Positions 23,793 through 34,261 of a stretch of 64,000 nucleotides of DNA are shown piece by piece (position 1 is the first letter of the stretch; every line of letters starts with the position of its first letter). Made by a program: the position numbers and the translations under genes. This DNA comes from Solirubrobacterales bacterium (lineage in GTDB: Bacteria; Actinomycetota; Thermoleophilia; Solirubrobacterales; JBBDJG01), in contig DASRIA010000045.1 of assembly GCA_035650255.1 (NCBI GenBank), positions 42,461 to 106,460 on the forward strand. The letters are read 5' to 3'. The notes below the pieces were generated by a model, which saw only the letters and a program-made list of their open reading frames with translations, was not told the DNA's origin and did no database searches.

Positions 23793-23876
23793 TGCGGGCG
23801 GAGGGACTCGAACCCCCACGGGCTTTCGCCCACGGCGACCTGAACGCCGCGCGTCTACCAATTCCGCCACGCCCGC
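23793..23876 (-). tRNA. tRNA-Leu (anticodon CAG)
   Basis: The reverse complement is GCGGGCGTGGCGGAATTGGTAGACGCGCGGCGTTCAGGTCGCCG...GGGGGTTCGAGTCCCTCCGCCCGCA. Long variable arm, anticodon loop TTCAGGT. Confidence 0.9.
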
Positions 23877-23898
23877 TGGCGAGGGGTCCGAAGTTTAG

Positions 23899-25908
23899 TT
23901 AGCCCCGCCGGGAAGCCACCACGTGGTCCGCCGTGCGGTGGGCCAGCGACATGATCGAGATCATGGGGTTGACGCCCGGCGCCGTCGGGAACGCCGAGGC
24001 ATCACCGATCCAGACGCCCTTCGTGTCGTGGAGCTCCCCGCGCCCGTCGGCGACCGATGTCGCCGGGTCCTGGCCCATCCGGCATGCGCCCATCTGGTGT
24101 GCGGTGAAGCACACGATGTCCAGCGGGCCGTACGGCGCCCGCTCGATCGACTCCACGAACGCATCGAAGTCATCCCCGCGCCGCCATCCCACGCGCTCGC
24201 TGTGCAGGGTGAAGATCTCGGCCGCCCCCGCGGCCTGGTGGAGCCGCGCGAGCTCGACATTGGCCCGCACCGCGACGCGGCGGTCCACGGCGTCGTCGAG
24301 TCCCCACCGCACGACCGCGCGCCCGAGATCGTCCACGACCACCTCGCCGCTGCCGTGGTCGCGTTGAACGCTGATGAACGGGGCCATGAAGCGCAGCTTC
24401 GCCATCTGGCGCTTGTGGTCGGCCCCGTCCGTCCACGGCAGCGACGCGCTCCAGAGGCCGGGGAAGATCCCGGTCGCCTCGATCAGGAACCCGTAGCCGT
24501 CCTCGAGTCCCGCGAACGAGTCGGACACGAGGGACTGGACCTGGCCGCGCCATCCCTCGACGGGATCGTCGTAGATCCCGTTCACCGCATAGGCCGGGTG
24601 CAGCCGCAGGTACTTGCCGACCGCGGGCCCTCCGATGCCGGAACGCAACAGCAGCGCCGGCGACTCTACGCCGCCGCACGCGACCACCACCGTCGGCGCC
24701 TTCACCGTGACTGCTGTCTCACTGCCGTCGTCGTGGATCACGGTCGCGGCGACGCCGGCAGCGCGGCCGTCCGCGGTCAGCACGCGGTCGGCCCGGCACT
24801 GCACGACGCAGCGCGCACCCGCGTCGGAGGCATCCTGCAGCCACGTCTTCATCGAGGAGCGCTTGCAACCCTGCTGGCAGCCCATCGAGCAGTAGCCGCA
24901 GAACTCCGGGTCGTCGTCGGGGGATGCGTTGCGCACGATCGGGCGGTGCTCCAGCCCCAGCGAGTCGAGCCCCTGCATCAGCAGCTGGTGCGTCCCGTTC
25001 TGGCGCGTCATCTCGGTGTTGGTGCCGAGCCGCTCCGACACGGCATCGATGTGGTCGCGCTCGTAGTCGGGAGTGTCGATCCCTTCCAGGCCGTGCTGCG
25101 CCCACTCGTCCCGGATGTGCTGCGGAGTGCGGATGCAGTTCATGTAGTTGACGACCGTGCCGCCCCCGAGCGTCGAGCCTGCGAGCACGGCGATCGAGCC
25201 GTCCTCGGATGTCGCCAAGCCGCCGCCGAGGTAGAGCTCGAACATCCCCGGGATCTCGAGCTGCTTGAAGTCGGCCTCGTTGCGATACCCGCCCATCTCG
25301 ATCACGAGCACCGACAGCCCTGCCTTCGCACAGCCCGCGGCGATCACCCCGCCGCCCGCGCCCGAGCCGACCACGCACACGTCGGCGGTGAGCTCCGCGG
25401 CCGGGCCCGACACGTCCTCGATGCGGATCGTTTTCGGCGCCTCCGCCGCCGACGGGGCGGGCGAGTTGGGGCCCGGGTAACCCAGCGCGTCCCAATTCGG
25501 GTTCAGGCCCTGCTCGTCGGGAAGCGCGTAGAAGAACAGCAGGGTGAGTCCCTTCAAAGCGTGCAGGCCGTGACGGGCGTCGAAGCTCGACGCCGCCATC
25601 TCGCTCACCATGCCCGCGCGCTCCGCCGGGGACTGCGCCGCGAAGCCCTCGGTCCCGAGTGCATCGAGCAGCTCCGCCGTCGCCGCAATCTCGTCCGGGG
25701 TCATGGCGTCCGCCATCAGGCCTTCGATCTGGTCGGCGACCGCCAGCTCTCCCGCGGCCCGGGCGAGGAAGCTCGCCTCGACGGGGTCGGCTCCATCGGG
25801 GTCGACCGCCGGGACCCACGTGTCGCACAGCGCCTCCAGCGTGCGCTTCTGCTGCTCGCTCAGTACGCCCGCCACGACCGCCACGGGCACCTCCTCTCCT
25901 CGCCTCAT
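23899..25908 (-). CDS. GMC-family FAD oxidoreductase (long-chain alcohol oxidase-like)
   Basis: FAD fold VCVVGSGAGGGVIAAGCAKAGLSVLVIEMGGY. GMC C-terminal region HQMGACRMG...VWIGDASAFPTAPGVNP. 669 aa. Confidence 0.85.
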   Translation of the reverse strand: MRRGEEVPVAVVAGVLSEQQKRTLEALCDTWVPAVDPDGADPVEASFLARAAGELAVADQIEGLMADAMTPDEIAATAELLDALGTEGFAAQSPAERAGMVSEMAASSFDARHGLHALKGLTLLFFYALPDEQGLNPNWDALGYPGPNSPAPSAAEAPKTIRIEDVSGPAAELTADVCVVGSGAGGGVIAAGCAKAGLSVLVIEMGGYRNEADFKQLEIPGMFELYLGGGLATSEDGSIAVLAGSTLGGGTVVNYMNCIRTPQHIRDEWAQHGLEGIDTPDYERDHIDAVSERLGTNTEMTRQNGTHQLLMQGLDSLGLEHRPIVRNASPDDDPEFCGYCSMGCQQGCKRSSMKTWLQDASDAGARCVVQCRADRVLTADGRAAGVAATVIHDDGSETAVTVKAPTVVVACGGVESPALLLRSGIGGPAVGKYLRLHPAYAVNGIYDDPVEGWRGQVQSLVSDSFAGLEDGYGFLIEATGIFPGLWSASLPWTDGADHKRQMAKLRFMAPFISVQRDHGSGEVVVDDLGRAVVRWGLDDAVDRRVAVRANVELARLHQAAGAAEIFTLHSERVGWRRGDDFDAFVESIERAPYGPLDIVCFTAHQMGACRMGQDPATSVADGRGELHDTKGVWIGDASAFPTAPGVNPMISIMSLAHRTADHVVASRRG

Positions 25909-25982
25909 CTCACGCGCGGCGACGCCGCACCGGCCATCCTAATCGCCGGCGGGGCGAGCGGAAAGCGGTCGCCGGGAGCTGT

Positions 25983-27602
25983 CTACCCGGAGGAGCCGGG
26001 GCGGCGGCGCTCGTCGGCGGCCAGCCGCTGGAACCGGTGCTCGAGCTGGTCCTTGGTGCGGCGCGTGAGGCCCTCGGAACCCTTGGCTTCCTTCGCGAGC
26101 GCCTGCATCACCAGGTCGGAGTCCATCGCCACACCCTTGCGCTCGGCCTCCGCGCGGGCATCCTTGAAGACGCCCTCCAGCTCGGCGTCCACGCCGGCGT
26201 CGTGAAGGATGCGCTGCAGCTCGGCGTCGACCTCCTGGTTGTGAGGCGACGACGGCACGGCCGGGGCGGCCTCGGCGCCGTTGGCCGGTGCCGGGGCGGC
26301 TTCCTTGGCCTCGCCTGCGCCGTTCGCGACATGTGCCCCATTCACCCTGGGCGCGCCGGCGACGGCCGGCGGGACGACCGGTGCCCGGATCGCGGGCGCG
26401 GGCGGCGGAACCTGCGGCTCGGCTGCCGGAACATCGGCCCTCGCGGGCGGGACGACCGGCGCCTCGACCCCGGCCGCCGGCACAGGCGGCCCCTTGACCT
26501 CGGCCGGCGGGACGATCGGTGCCTTCACCTGGGCCGGCTTTGCCGCAGCGACCGGAGCGGCTCCGACCGCCGGTGCGGCGTCCTGCTTCTCGGGCAGGGG
26601 CTGGGCCGCCGCTCCATCGGCCATGCCGTCGGCAGCATCGGCAGCGACGGTGTGCGGGATCAAACGCGCTCCGCCCACTCCCATACCGCCGCCCATCGAC
26701 TTGGACTCCTCCTGCGCGCCCACCATGCCACGCTCGCCGAGGTCAACTGCTTGGTCGTCGAGCATCGAAGGCAGCTTGCCGTCCGGGTTCAGCAGCGTGG
26801 CAAGCTGCTCGTCGTCATACCGCCGGAACTTCGTCCAGGCGATGGCCGAGAGCCCCCCGAGCACGATGAACAGGCCCACCAGGCCGACCAGCGCGGCGGT
26901 GCTGTTGGCGTCCTCGGTCGCGCGGTCTTCCGGGCTGGTCGAGGCGGCCGGCTGGGGAGCGGGCTCCGAACCCCTGGAATACGGGTCGATCGGCGTCACC
27001 CATGCCCTTGCGTCCTTGGGCGGCTCGAGCGGATTGACCGGAGTGACCGCCGAAGGCTGCGGCAGGGTCGGCTTCGGCGTCGGCGTCGCACGCGGCTTCG
27101 GCGTGGGCGTGGTGACGCTGGGCGCGGGGGTCGGCGTGGGAGTTGGAGCCGGCGTCGGAGTCGGAGTGGGCGTCGGCGTCGGGGTCGCAACCGGGGGCGG
27201 AGGCTCGGTCGACTGCGGCGTCGGCTCGGCCGGCCGGTAGCGCATCTCCTCCTTCAGCTTCCAGGGGCTGTTCTCGCATCCGTCGTTGGCGAGCACCATC
27301 ACGAGCCGCGCGTCGCGAGCCTTGTCGCCGAGATCCGGCATGCGCCACTTGCGGGTGATCTTGTCGGTTTCGGCGATCCCCTCCTTGACCTCGCGGCCGT
27401 TCACCTTGAGGAGGTACTCCGTGCCGGGGGCGACGCTGGTCACCTCGAGGGGCACGAGCTCGTTGGCCGTCGCGCGTGTCGGCGGCTCGGTGAGGACGGG
27501 CTCTGCGCACGGTAGCGCCTGGGCCTGCAGGCTTTGCGCCCCTGTCCCAAGGGCCAAGACCGCTACGCAGATGCCGAATCCGGCTCGTAGACGGCTGCTC
27601 AT
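25983..27602 (-). CDS. Membrane protein with Pro/Thr-rich linker and Pro-rich cytoplasmic repeats
   Basis: Signal peptide, globular N-domain, PTPTPTPTPTPAPTPTPTPAP linker, one TM (AALVGLVGLFIVLGGLSAIAW), then repeated P-rich units (APIVPPAEVKGPPVPAAGVEAPVVPPA...). No family recognised. Confidence 0.5.
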   Translation of the reverse strand: MSSRLRAGFGICVAVLALGTGAQSLQAQALPCAEPVLTEPPTRATANELVPLEVTSVAPGTEYLLKVNGREVKEGIAETDKITRKWRMPDLGDKARDARLVMVLANDGCENSPWKLKEEMRYRPAEPTPQSTEPPPPVATPTPTPTPTPTPAPTPTPTPAPSVTTPTPKPRATPTPKPTLPQPSAVTPVNPLEPPKDARAWVTPIDPYSRGSEPAPQPAASTSPEDRATEDANSTAALVGLVGLFIVLGGLSAIAWTKFRRYDDEQLATLLNPDGKLPSMLDDQAVDLGERGMVGAQEESKSMGGGMGVGGARLIPHTVAADAADGMADGAAAQPLPEKQDAAPAVGAAPVAAAKPAQVKAPIVPPAEVKGPPVPAAGVEAPVVPPARADVPAAEPQVPPPAPAIRAPVVPPAVAGAPRVNGAHVANGAGEAKEAAPAPANGAEAAPAVPSSPHNQEVDAELQRILHDAGVDAELEGVFKDARAEAERKGVAMDSDLVMQALAKEAKGSEGLTRRTKDQLEHRFQRLAADERRRPGSSG

Positions 27603-27711
27603 CTCGAAGTTACGACCCCCCTCCTAGGGCGTCCCGGGAAAGCCGAGGGTACCAAAGGCCACCCGGCAGATACAGCGGTTTTCCGTCCAATCCAGGCTTG
27701 GCACGCTGCTC

Positions 27712-28899
27712 TCACCGGTGCGCGCTGCCGCCCTTCGAGCGCTTGCGGACGACGACCGTTGCGGTCTTCGAAGTGGCGCCCATGCAGCGGGTCGTCTGGG
27801 AAACGCGCGCGCGGTACGCATAGGTACGAATAGGACGCGTCGAGGACCTGAAGCTCCCGCTCCGGGTGGTGATCGCGACCTCGAAGGTCTGGAAGCGGCC
27901 GCCGGTCTGCTTGCGGCGCTGGATCGCGATCTTCTGGCGCGAGCGGCAGCTCACCGGGCCGCCCGACGCCCTCAGCATGCCGTTCAGCCGCACCAGGGCG
28001 TTGCGACTCACGCGCCGCTTGCTGGGCTGGAGGCTGAGCCCGCGCAGGACCCGGGTCTGCACGGTCGGGTTGCTGGTGTCGCCCGTCACGCCGGGGTCCG
28101 CAGACGGCGGAGGCGGCGGCGGAGGTGGCGGGGGTGCCGGCGCGTCGCCGTCGCGGATCCTGCCCTGTCCCGTCCCATCCGCGATCGTGGCGTTCGTCGG
28201 ACTGGAGAGGTTCACCAGGAAAAGCTCGTCCGGCTCGACGACGAGGTCGCTCATCACGGGCACCGTGATCGTCTGGGTCAGCTCGCCGAACTCGGCGAAT
28301 GTCAGAGTGCCGGTTCGGGTGGTGTAGTCGCTGGGCGACGTGGCGGTGCCGTCGGCGGTCGCGTAGCCGACCGTGATGTCGCCGCTGTCGGTGCTCGAGG
28401 CCGTGACCGTGAAAGCAGCACTCGTCCCGCCACTGCCCTCGTACACCTCCACGTCGGCGATGCTGATCGTCGCATCGGTGTCGAGGATCGTGGCGGTGCC
28501 GGTCAGGTCTCCGTCCACCTGCCCCATCACCTCCAAGTCGAAGTACTCGGTCGCCTCGTCGACGTCGTCGCCGACTACAGGGACGGCGACGGTCTTGGAC
28601 GTCTGACCGTCCGTTTCCCCGGTCTCCGCGTCCCAGGTGAGCTGGCCCGTCCGCGCAAGGAAGTCGTCTTCCGGATCAGCCGGCAGGCCGGGGAGGGTCT
28701 GGTAGTCGACGGTGACGTCGGCAGCCTCGACGGTCGTGAGCGTCACCGTGAACACCGCATCGATGTTCCCCGCGTCCCCTTCCGTGACGATCGGGTCATC
28801 GACGGTCACGGTCGCCGACCACGCAGGCGCAGCCAGGCACGCCCAGGCCAAGACAACTAGAGCGATTCCGCCGAGACGGAAACGATTTGCTGAGAACAC
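27712..28899 (-). CDS. Secreted protein with two Calx-beta domains, a poly-Pro linker and a basic C-terminal domain
   Basis: Signal peptide GIALVVLAWACLAAPAWSA. Two Calx-beta-like units (VDDPIVTEGDAGN...FTVTL...VDYQT... and IADVEVYEGSGGTSAAFTVTAS...VGYATADGTATSPSDY...LTFA). P8 run. Start at GTG 28899 is tentative. Confidence 0.65.
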   Translation of the reverse strand: MFSANRFRLGGIALVVLAWACLAAPAWSATVTVDDPIVTEGDAGNIDAVFTVTLTTVEAADVTVDYQTLPGLPADPEDDFLARTGQLTWDAETGETDGQTSKTVAVPVVGDDVDEATEYFDLEVMGQVDGDLTGTATILDTDATISIADVEVYEGSGGTSAAFTVTASSTDSGDITVGYATADGTATSPSDYTTRTGTLTFAEFGELTQTITVPVMSDLVVEPDELFLVNLSSPTNATIADGTGQGRIRDGDAPAPPPPPPPPPPSADPGVTGDTSNPTVQTRVLRGLSLQPSKRRVSRNALVRLNGMLRASGGPVSCRSRQKIAIQRRKQTGGRFQTFEVAITTRSGSFRSSTRPIRTYAYRARVSQTTRCMGATSKTATVVVRKRSKGGSAHR

Positions 28900-28972
28900 T
28901 CCCTTTTTCCCTGCTTCCAGGCCCCTGCCGGCGCCGAACGGCGAGGCGGCAATCCTCCGCCCCAGCGGTTCG

Positions 28973-28978
28973 ATTATA
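28973..28978 (-). promoter_or_regulatory. Candidate -10 box (TATAAT) for the Calx-beta gene
   Basis: Perfect TATAAT on the minus strand within CCTATAATCG, the same 10-mer found upstream of tRNA-Gly. It lies about 74 nt upstream of the proposed start. Confidence 0.3.
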
Positions 28979-29290
28979 GGCCCGTTCCACCCCCCTCCGC
29001 GACAGTTGTTCGACCCCCAAGGGCGCCCAATTGCAGGCGGGAAGCGGCATCGCGCCCAATTCCGGGCGCGCCCGCGGGTATGCTCTGGACAGCAGGGGTC
29101 ACCGGTCTGACCGAGCTGGATGCGGACAACGGGTGTCGTTGTCCGAAAGATCTGTCGGCCGCGGCCGTTACCACCTCGAAAGCGAATGGAAGCCAGAGCA
29201 GCACTCTTCCCCAGAGGATCGAGGGGCCCCGGAGGGGTCAAGCGACTGCTGTCGCGCCTCCCGCGGCGCTCGTCGCAGGGCGAGCGGGCG

Positions 29291-30400
29291 ATGACGCTGG
29301 CCTTCGCCGGCGCCCTGTTCGTCGGGATCTTCGCCCTGGGGATCGTGGTCGACGACCCCGCCGAGGCGCCCTCCGTCCTGTACGTGCTGCCGGTCGCGCT
29401 GATCGCGATCAGATTCGGAGCGCTCGGCGGCGCGATCGCCGCGACCTTCGCGCTGATCCTCTTCGGGGTCGTCAATACCGTCAACGAGGAGGGCACCGGT
29501 GCACTCGGCTACCTCACGCGCGCGACTGCGTTCTACGTCCTCGCCCTCCTGCTCGGCAACTTCTCCACCCGGCTGCGCACCACCTACGAGATCGTGCTCA
29601 ACCGGGAGCAGCAGCTCCAGGCGATCCTGGACAACAGCACGGCGGTGATCTACGTCAAGGACCGCGAGGGGAAGTACATCCTCGTGAACCGCAAGTTCGA
29701 GGCCCTGTTTCGCGTCGAGCGCGGCAAGGCGATCGGCAAGACGGACCGGGACCTGTTCCCGGGCTACATGGCCGACGCCTTCCGTGCCAACGACCGGCGG
29801 GTCTTGAAGGAGGACGCCTCGCTCGAGACGGAGGAGATCGCTCCCGGTGAGGGCGGCGAGCACACCTTCATCTCCGTGAAGTTCCCGCTCCACGATGCCA
29901 CCGGCCAGGCATACGGGGTCTGCGGCATCTCGACCGACATCACGGCCCGCAAGGTCGCCGAGACCGCGCTCAAGGAGAGCAAGGAGAACATCGGGCAGAT
30001 CATCGACGGCGCGCGCGAAGCGTTCGTGTCGATGAACCAGAGGGGCGAGGTGATCGCCTGGAACCGGGCTGCCGAGGAGATGTTCGGCTGGCCGGCGGCA
30101 AAAGCGGTCGGCAAGCAGCTTGCCGAGCTCATCATCCCGGCGCGCTACCGGGAGGCGCACCAACGGGGCCTCGACCGCTTCCTGCGCACGGGCAAGGGGC
30201 CCATGCTGAACAGCCGCGTCGAGCTGCTCGCGCTCCACCGCGACGGCTCCGAGTTCCCCGTCGAGGTGAGCATCACGGCGGTGCGCGTGCGCGGCGGCTT
30301 CTCGTTCCACGCGTTCATTCACGACATCGCCGACCGCAAGCGCCTCGAGCGCGAGGTCGTGCGGTTGTCGGAGCTTCGCGCGGGCGCGCTCAACCAGTAG
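29291..30400 (+). CDS. Membrane-associated tandem-PAS sensor protein without a recognisable output domain
   Basis: N-terminal TM helices, then two PAS units (LQAILDNSTAVIYVKDREGKYILVNRKFEALF...CGISTDITARK and IIDGAREAFVSMNQRGEVIAWNRAAEEMFGW...FHAFIHDIADRK). The protein ends after a short coiled segment. Start at ATG 29291. Confidence 0.75.
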   Translation: MTLAFAGALFVGIFALGIVVDDPAEAPSVLYVLPVALIAIRFGALGGAIAATFALILFGVVNTVNEEGTGALGYLTRATAFYVLALLLGNFSTRLRTTYEIVLNREQQLQAILDNSTAVIYVKDREGKYILVNRKFEALFRVERGKAIGKTDRDLFPGYMADAFRANDRRVLKEDASLETEEIAPGEGGEHTFISVKFPLHDATGQAYGVCGISTDITARKVAETALKESKENIGQIIDGAREAFVSMNQRGEVIAWNRAAEEMFGWPAAKAVGKQLAELIIPARYREAHQRGLDRFLRTGKGPMLNSRVELLALHRDGSEFPVEVSITAVRVRGGFSFHAFIHDIADRKRLEREVVRLSELRAGALNQ

Positions 30401-30427
30401 CGGAGCGGTCCGCGCTAAATTCAGCGC

Positions 30428-31294
30428 ATGGCCTTTCGCCTCCGAAAGCTGGGCGGAGCCGACACCGGCTTCCCCGCCTCGGACGCGCAGACGGACTTCT
30501 CCCGGGCGCGCCGCGAACAGGCGCTTGCCCGCCTCACCTCGCGCCTGCGGAGGGAGCCATCGGACTTCGACGTGATCCTGCCGTTCGAGGAGGTGACCGC
30601 CGCCCTCGGGTGGGTCGGGCAGCGCAGCGTGGGCCTGCAGTCGATCCCGATCGAGTCGATCGTCGGCACGGTGGACCGCTCCAAGGAGTTCGACCGCGAG
30701 TTCCGGCCGACGTCCGGGCGCGTGCGCGGCCGCTGGCAGCGAATCGCCGAGGCCCAGCGGCGCGGGCGCGACATGCCGCCGATCTCCGTCTTCCGGGTGG
30801 GAGACCTGCACTTCGTGCGCGACGGCCATCACCGCGTGTCGGTCGCGCGAGCGCAGGGACGGTCGCACATCGACGCGTACGTCACGGAGGTCGAGACCAA
30901 GCTCCCGCTCGATTCGCAGCTACGTCCCGAGGACCTGCCGCTGAAGAGCCACGAGCGCCTGTTCCGCGAGCGGGTTCCGCTGAGTGACGAAGCCCGCACA
31001 CGGGTGGTGCCCTCGGACTCGTGGGACTACGGCTGCCTTGCCGAGGGCGTCGAGGCGTGGGGCATGCGCTGCATGCAGGCGCGCGGCGAGCTCATGGACC
31101 GTGAGGACGTGGCCGAGGCGTGGTACCGCGACGACTACCTCCCGGTCATCAACACTCTGCGCGAGGCGGGGCTGCTGGAAGGCCGCAACGAGACCGATGT
31201 GTACATGCGCGTCGTGTCGGACCGCTACCGGCTGATGCGCACGCATGCCTGGGGCGAGGACATCCTCACCGAGCTGCGCCCCAAGCTGCGCTAG
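30428..31294 (+). CDS. ParB/sulfiredoxin-like domain protein
   Basis: [28 protein letters not shown] matches the ParB-like N-terminal domain motif (V.DG.HR..A). 288 aa. Standalone, with no parA nearby. Confidence 0.6.
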   Translation: MAFRLRKLGGADTGFPASDAQTDFSRARREQALARLTSRLRREPSDFDVILPFEEVTAALGWVGQRSVGLQSIPIESIVGTVDRSKEFDREFRPTSGRVRGRWQRIAEAQRRGRDMPPISVFRVGDLHFVRDGHHRVSVARAQGRSHIDAYVTEVETKLPLDSQLRPEDLPLKSHERLFRERVPLSDEARTRVVPSDSWDYGCLAEGVEAWGMRCMQARGELMDREDVAEAWYRDDYLPVINTLREAGLLEGRNETDVYMRVVSDRYRLMRTHAWGEDILTELRPKLR

Positions 31295-32472
31295 CTGCGC
31301 GCCAGGTTGCGGCCGTCGTCCGCGTCGAAGAAGTGGAGCTTGTTCGTGTCGACCCACAGCTCCAGGTCCTCCCCGCGGCGTGCCTTGCTGGCCGCGTCCA
31401 GGCGAGCCACGACCTGTCCCTCCCCGCCGGCGCCCGGCACCTCTCCGACACCCGAGTCCTCCGCGAGCTCGGCGAGCTCCTGTGACTCGACGCGCTCCTG
31501 CTCGACCGTGAAGTAGGCGTACAGCTCCGAGCCCATCGACTCCACCAGGTCGATCTTGGCGGGGAAGGTCGCGCCGCTGTCCCGCGCCTCGCCGACCATG
31601 GCTGCGTCCTCGAAGCTCTCCGGCCGGATGCCGGCGATCACGTTGCGGACTCCCTCGGCGCGCCCGACCCGCTCGCGGGCTTCCGGTCCCAGCGTGACCT
31701 CGCCGAAGGGCAGCTTGACCCGGTCGCCCTCGATCGTCGCAGGCATGAAGTTCATCGCGGGTGACCCGATGAAGCCCGCCACGAACAGGTTCGCCGGCTC
31801 GTTGTAGAGCTCGGCCGGCGTTCCGACCTGCTGCAGGACGCCGGCGCGCATGACGGCCACCCTGTCGCCGAGCGTCATGGCCTCGGTCTGGTCGTGCGTG
31901 ACGTACACGGTGGTCGTGCCGAGCCGGGATTGCAGCCGCGAGACCTCGGTGCGCATCTGAACTCTGAGCTTGGCGTCGAGGTTCGACAGCGGCTCGTCCA
32001 TCAGGAACGCGGCGGGGTCTCGGACGATGGCGCGGCCCATCGCCACGCGCTGTCGCTGGCCACCGGACAGGTGCCCGGGCTTGCGGTCCAGGTGCTCGGT
32101 CAGGTCGAGGGTGCGGGCGGCCTCCTCCACCTTCTCGTCGATCTCAGCCTGGGGGACCTTCGCGAGCTTCAGCGCGAATCCCATGTTCTCCCGCACCGTC
32201 ATGTGCGGGTAAAGGGCGTAGTTCTGGAACACCATGGCGATGTCCCGGTCCTTGGGCGCCCGCTCGTTCACGACCTCGCCGCCGATCTTCAGCTCGCCCT
32301 CCGTGATGTCCTCGAGGCCGGCGATCATGCGCAGCGCGGTCGACTTGCCGCAGCCCGACGGCCCCACCAGGATCACGAACTCCCCGTCGTGGATGTCGAG
32401 GCTCATGTCCTTGACCGCCTCGTAGCCGTCGCCGTAGCGCTTGGTGACGTTGTCCAATTGAATCTCAGCCAT
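31291..32472 (-). CDS. Sugar ABC transporter ATP-binding protein (MalK/UgpC/MsiK type)
   Basis: [34 protein letters not shown], and a MalK-like C-terminal regulatory domain. Start at ATG 32472 ([14 protein letters not shown]). The upstream part of the 678-aa track ORF is the alternate frame of the permease. Confidence 0.9.
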   Translation of the reverse strand: MAEIQLDNVTKRYGDGYEAVKDMSLDIHDGEFVILVGPSGCGKSTALRMIAGLEDITEGELKIGGEVVNERAPKDRDIAMVFQNYALYPHMTVRENMGFALKLAKVPQAEIDEKVEEAARTLDLTEHLDRKPGHLSGGQRQRVAMGRAIVRDPAAFLMDEPLSNLDAKLRVQMRTEVSRLQSRLGTTTVYVTHDQTEAMTLGDRVAVMRAGVLQQVGTPAELYNEPANLFVAGFIGSPAMNFMPATIEGDRVKLPFGEVTLGPEARERVGRAEGVRNVIAGIRPESFEDAAMVGEARDSGATFPAKIDLVESMGSELYAYFTVEQERVESQELAELAEDSGVGEVPGAGGEGQVVARLDAASKARRGEDLELWVDTNKLHFFDADDGRNLARS

Positions 32473-32486
32473 CTCGTCGAGCCTCC

Positions 32487-33320
32487 TCAGCCCTTGACTG
32501 CGCCGGCGGTGAGGCCCGCCACGATGCGCCGCTGGAATATCAGAACCATGATGATGATCGGGATCGTGACCACGACCGCAGCGGCCGAGATCACTCCGGT
32601 CGGGTCCTCGAACTGGGAGCCGCCGGTGAAGAAGGCGAGCGTCGCCGGCACCGTCCGCGCGCGGTCGGTGGACGTCAGCGTGTTCGCGAACAGGAAGTCG
32701 TTCCACGCGAAGATGAACGTCAGGATCGCCGCGGTGAACACACCGGGCGCCGCCAGCGGCACGATCACCTTGCGATACGCCTGCCAGGGCGTCGCGCCGT
32801 CGATCTGCGCGGCCTGCTCGAGCTCCCACGGGATCTCCCTGAAGAACGCCGACAGCGTGTAGATCGCGAGCGGGAGCGTGAACGTCATGTACGGGATGAT
32901 CAGCCCCCACCAGGTGTCGAAGAACCCGATCTGGCGCCACAGGTCGAACAGGGAGCCGACGATCGAGATCGGCGGGAACATCGCAACGGCGAGCGCACCG
33001 GCCAGGATCAGGCCCTTTCCGGGGAACTGGAGCCGCGCGATGGCGTACGCGGTCATCGACCCGAGGAAGATCGAGATCAGGGTCGCAATCGCGGCGATGC
33101 CGATCGAGTTGCGCAGCGCGTAGGTGAACGCATCGGTCTCGAACAGCTGCTCGTAGTTCTTCAGCGACCAGTCCTGCGGCAGGAAGCGGCCGTCGCCGAT
33201 CGTGGCGGGGTCCTTCAGCGACAGCGAGAGGATCCAGAGCACCGGCAGCAGCGCGTAGAAGACGACGATCAGGATCGCGATGGTCCAGAGGAGCTTCTCC
33301 CGGGTCGTGTGGGTGCTCAT
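32487..33320 (-). CDS. Carbohydrate ABC transporter permease (MalG-like)
   Basis: 277 aa, 6 TM. EAA-type loop [26 protein letters not shown]. Confidence 0.9.
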   Translation of the reverse strand: MSTHTTREKLLWTIAILIVVFYALLPVLWILSLSLKDPATIGDGRFLPQDWSLKNYEQLFETDAFTYALRNSIGIAAIATLISIFLGSMTAYAIARLQFPGKGLILAGALAVAMFPPISIVGSLFDLWRQIGFFDTWWGLIIPYMTFTLPLAIYTLSAFFREIPWELEQAAQIDGATPWQAYRKVIVPLAAPGVFTAAILTFIFAWNDFLFANTLTSTDRARTVPATLAFFTGGSQFEDPTGVISAAAVVVTIPIIIMVLIFQRRIVAGLTAGAVKG

Positions 33321-34261
33321 TGGTCATCCCCCTGTTGCGCCGTCGACGCGCCGAGTCCCTTGATGAACAGGACCGCGATGATGATCACGCAGGCAAAGAT
33401 CAGCACGGACACGGCCGAGCCGAGCCCGAGGTTCACCCTGTTGATCAGCTGGTTGTAGCCCAGGATCGACACGGTCTCGGTGTCGTTCGCCCCGGCCGTC
33501 TGGATGAAGACCGTGTCGAACACGCGGAACGCGTCGAGGGTCCGGAAAAGCAGCGCGACGAGGATCGCCGGCTTCATCAGCGGCAGGGTGATCCGGAAGA
33601 AGCGCTGCACGGCGCTTGCACCGTCGACCTTCGCCGCCTCGTGCAGCTCGTCCGGGACCAGCGCGAGGCCGGCCAGCAGCAGCAGCGCCATGAAGGGCGT
33701 GGTCTTCCAGACCTCCGTCATGATGATCACGAAGAAGGACCCGGCGCGCTCGGCGAGCGGAGCCCATGTCTCGCTGATCGGCCCGAGCCCGATGACGAAC
33801 CCCGTCGTCGGGTCGAACGCGTAACGCCAGGCGAATGCGGCGACGACCGTGACGATCCCGTACGGGATCAGGATCGACGCGCGCACCGGGCCGCGCCCCC
33901 AGATCGCGCGGTGCATGATCAGCGCGATCACCATTCCGAGCACGAGCTCGATCGCCACCGAGAAGCCCATGATGATCACCGTGTTGGTGAGGTCCAGCCA
34001 CCACGTGCTCGACGACAGCACCTCCCCGTAGTTCGAGAGCCCGACGAACTCCCGGTCGTCCGGAAATCGCAGGTCGTACCGTTGGGTGGAGAGGTAGACC
34101 GCGTAGGCGATCGGATAGCCGGTCACGACGAGCATCGCCAGCACGGCGGGCGCGCACAGCATGTAGGCGAGCTTGCGCTCCGCCCGCGCACGCTCCGTGA
34201 GGCGCTTGCGCCCCCCGACCCGGCCGACGGGAGCAGGTGTGGCGGGAGCCTGCGCCGCCAT
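33317..34261 (-). CDS. Carbohydrate ABC transporter permease (MalF-like)
   Basis: 314 aa. EAA loop [25 protein letters not shown]. 4-nt overlap with the downstream permease. Confidence 0.9.
   Translation of the reverse strand: MAAQAPATPAPVGRVGGRKRLTERARAERKLAYMLCAPAVLAMLVVTGYPIAYAVYLSTQRYDLRFPDDREFVGLSNYGEVLSSSTWWLDLTNTVIIMGFSVAIELVLGMVIALIMHRAIWGRGPVRASILIPYGIVTVVAAFAWRYAFDPTTGFVIGLGPISETWAPLAERAGSFFVIIMTEVWKTTPFMALLLLAGLALVPDELHEAAKVDGASAVQRFFRITLPLMKPAILVALLFRTLDAFRVFDTVFIQTAGANDTETVSILGYNQLINRVNLGLGSAVSVLIFACVIIIAVLFIKGLGASTAQQGDDQ

Noticed and set aside
23923-26205. 760-aa ORF on the plus strand
   Set aside because: It lies antisense to the GMC oxidoreductase, which has clear FAD-binding and GMC motifs. 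This is a shadow frame.
28871-28899. Weak match (GAGACGGAAACG...GAG) to the conserved hairpin-element core
   Set aside because: It lies inside the signal-peptide coding region of the Calx-beta gene and lacks the complementary arm, so it is probably chance similarity.
31291-33327. 678-aa ORF as a fused permease-ATPase
   Set aside because: The first ~285 codons are an alternate frame of the MalG-like permease. The ABC ATPase begins at MAEIQLDNV (32472), 14 nt after the permease stop.
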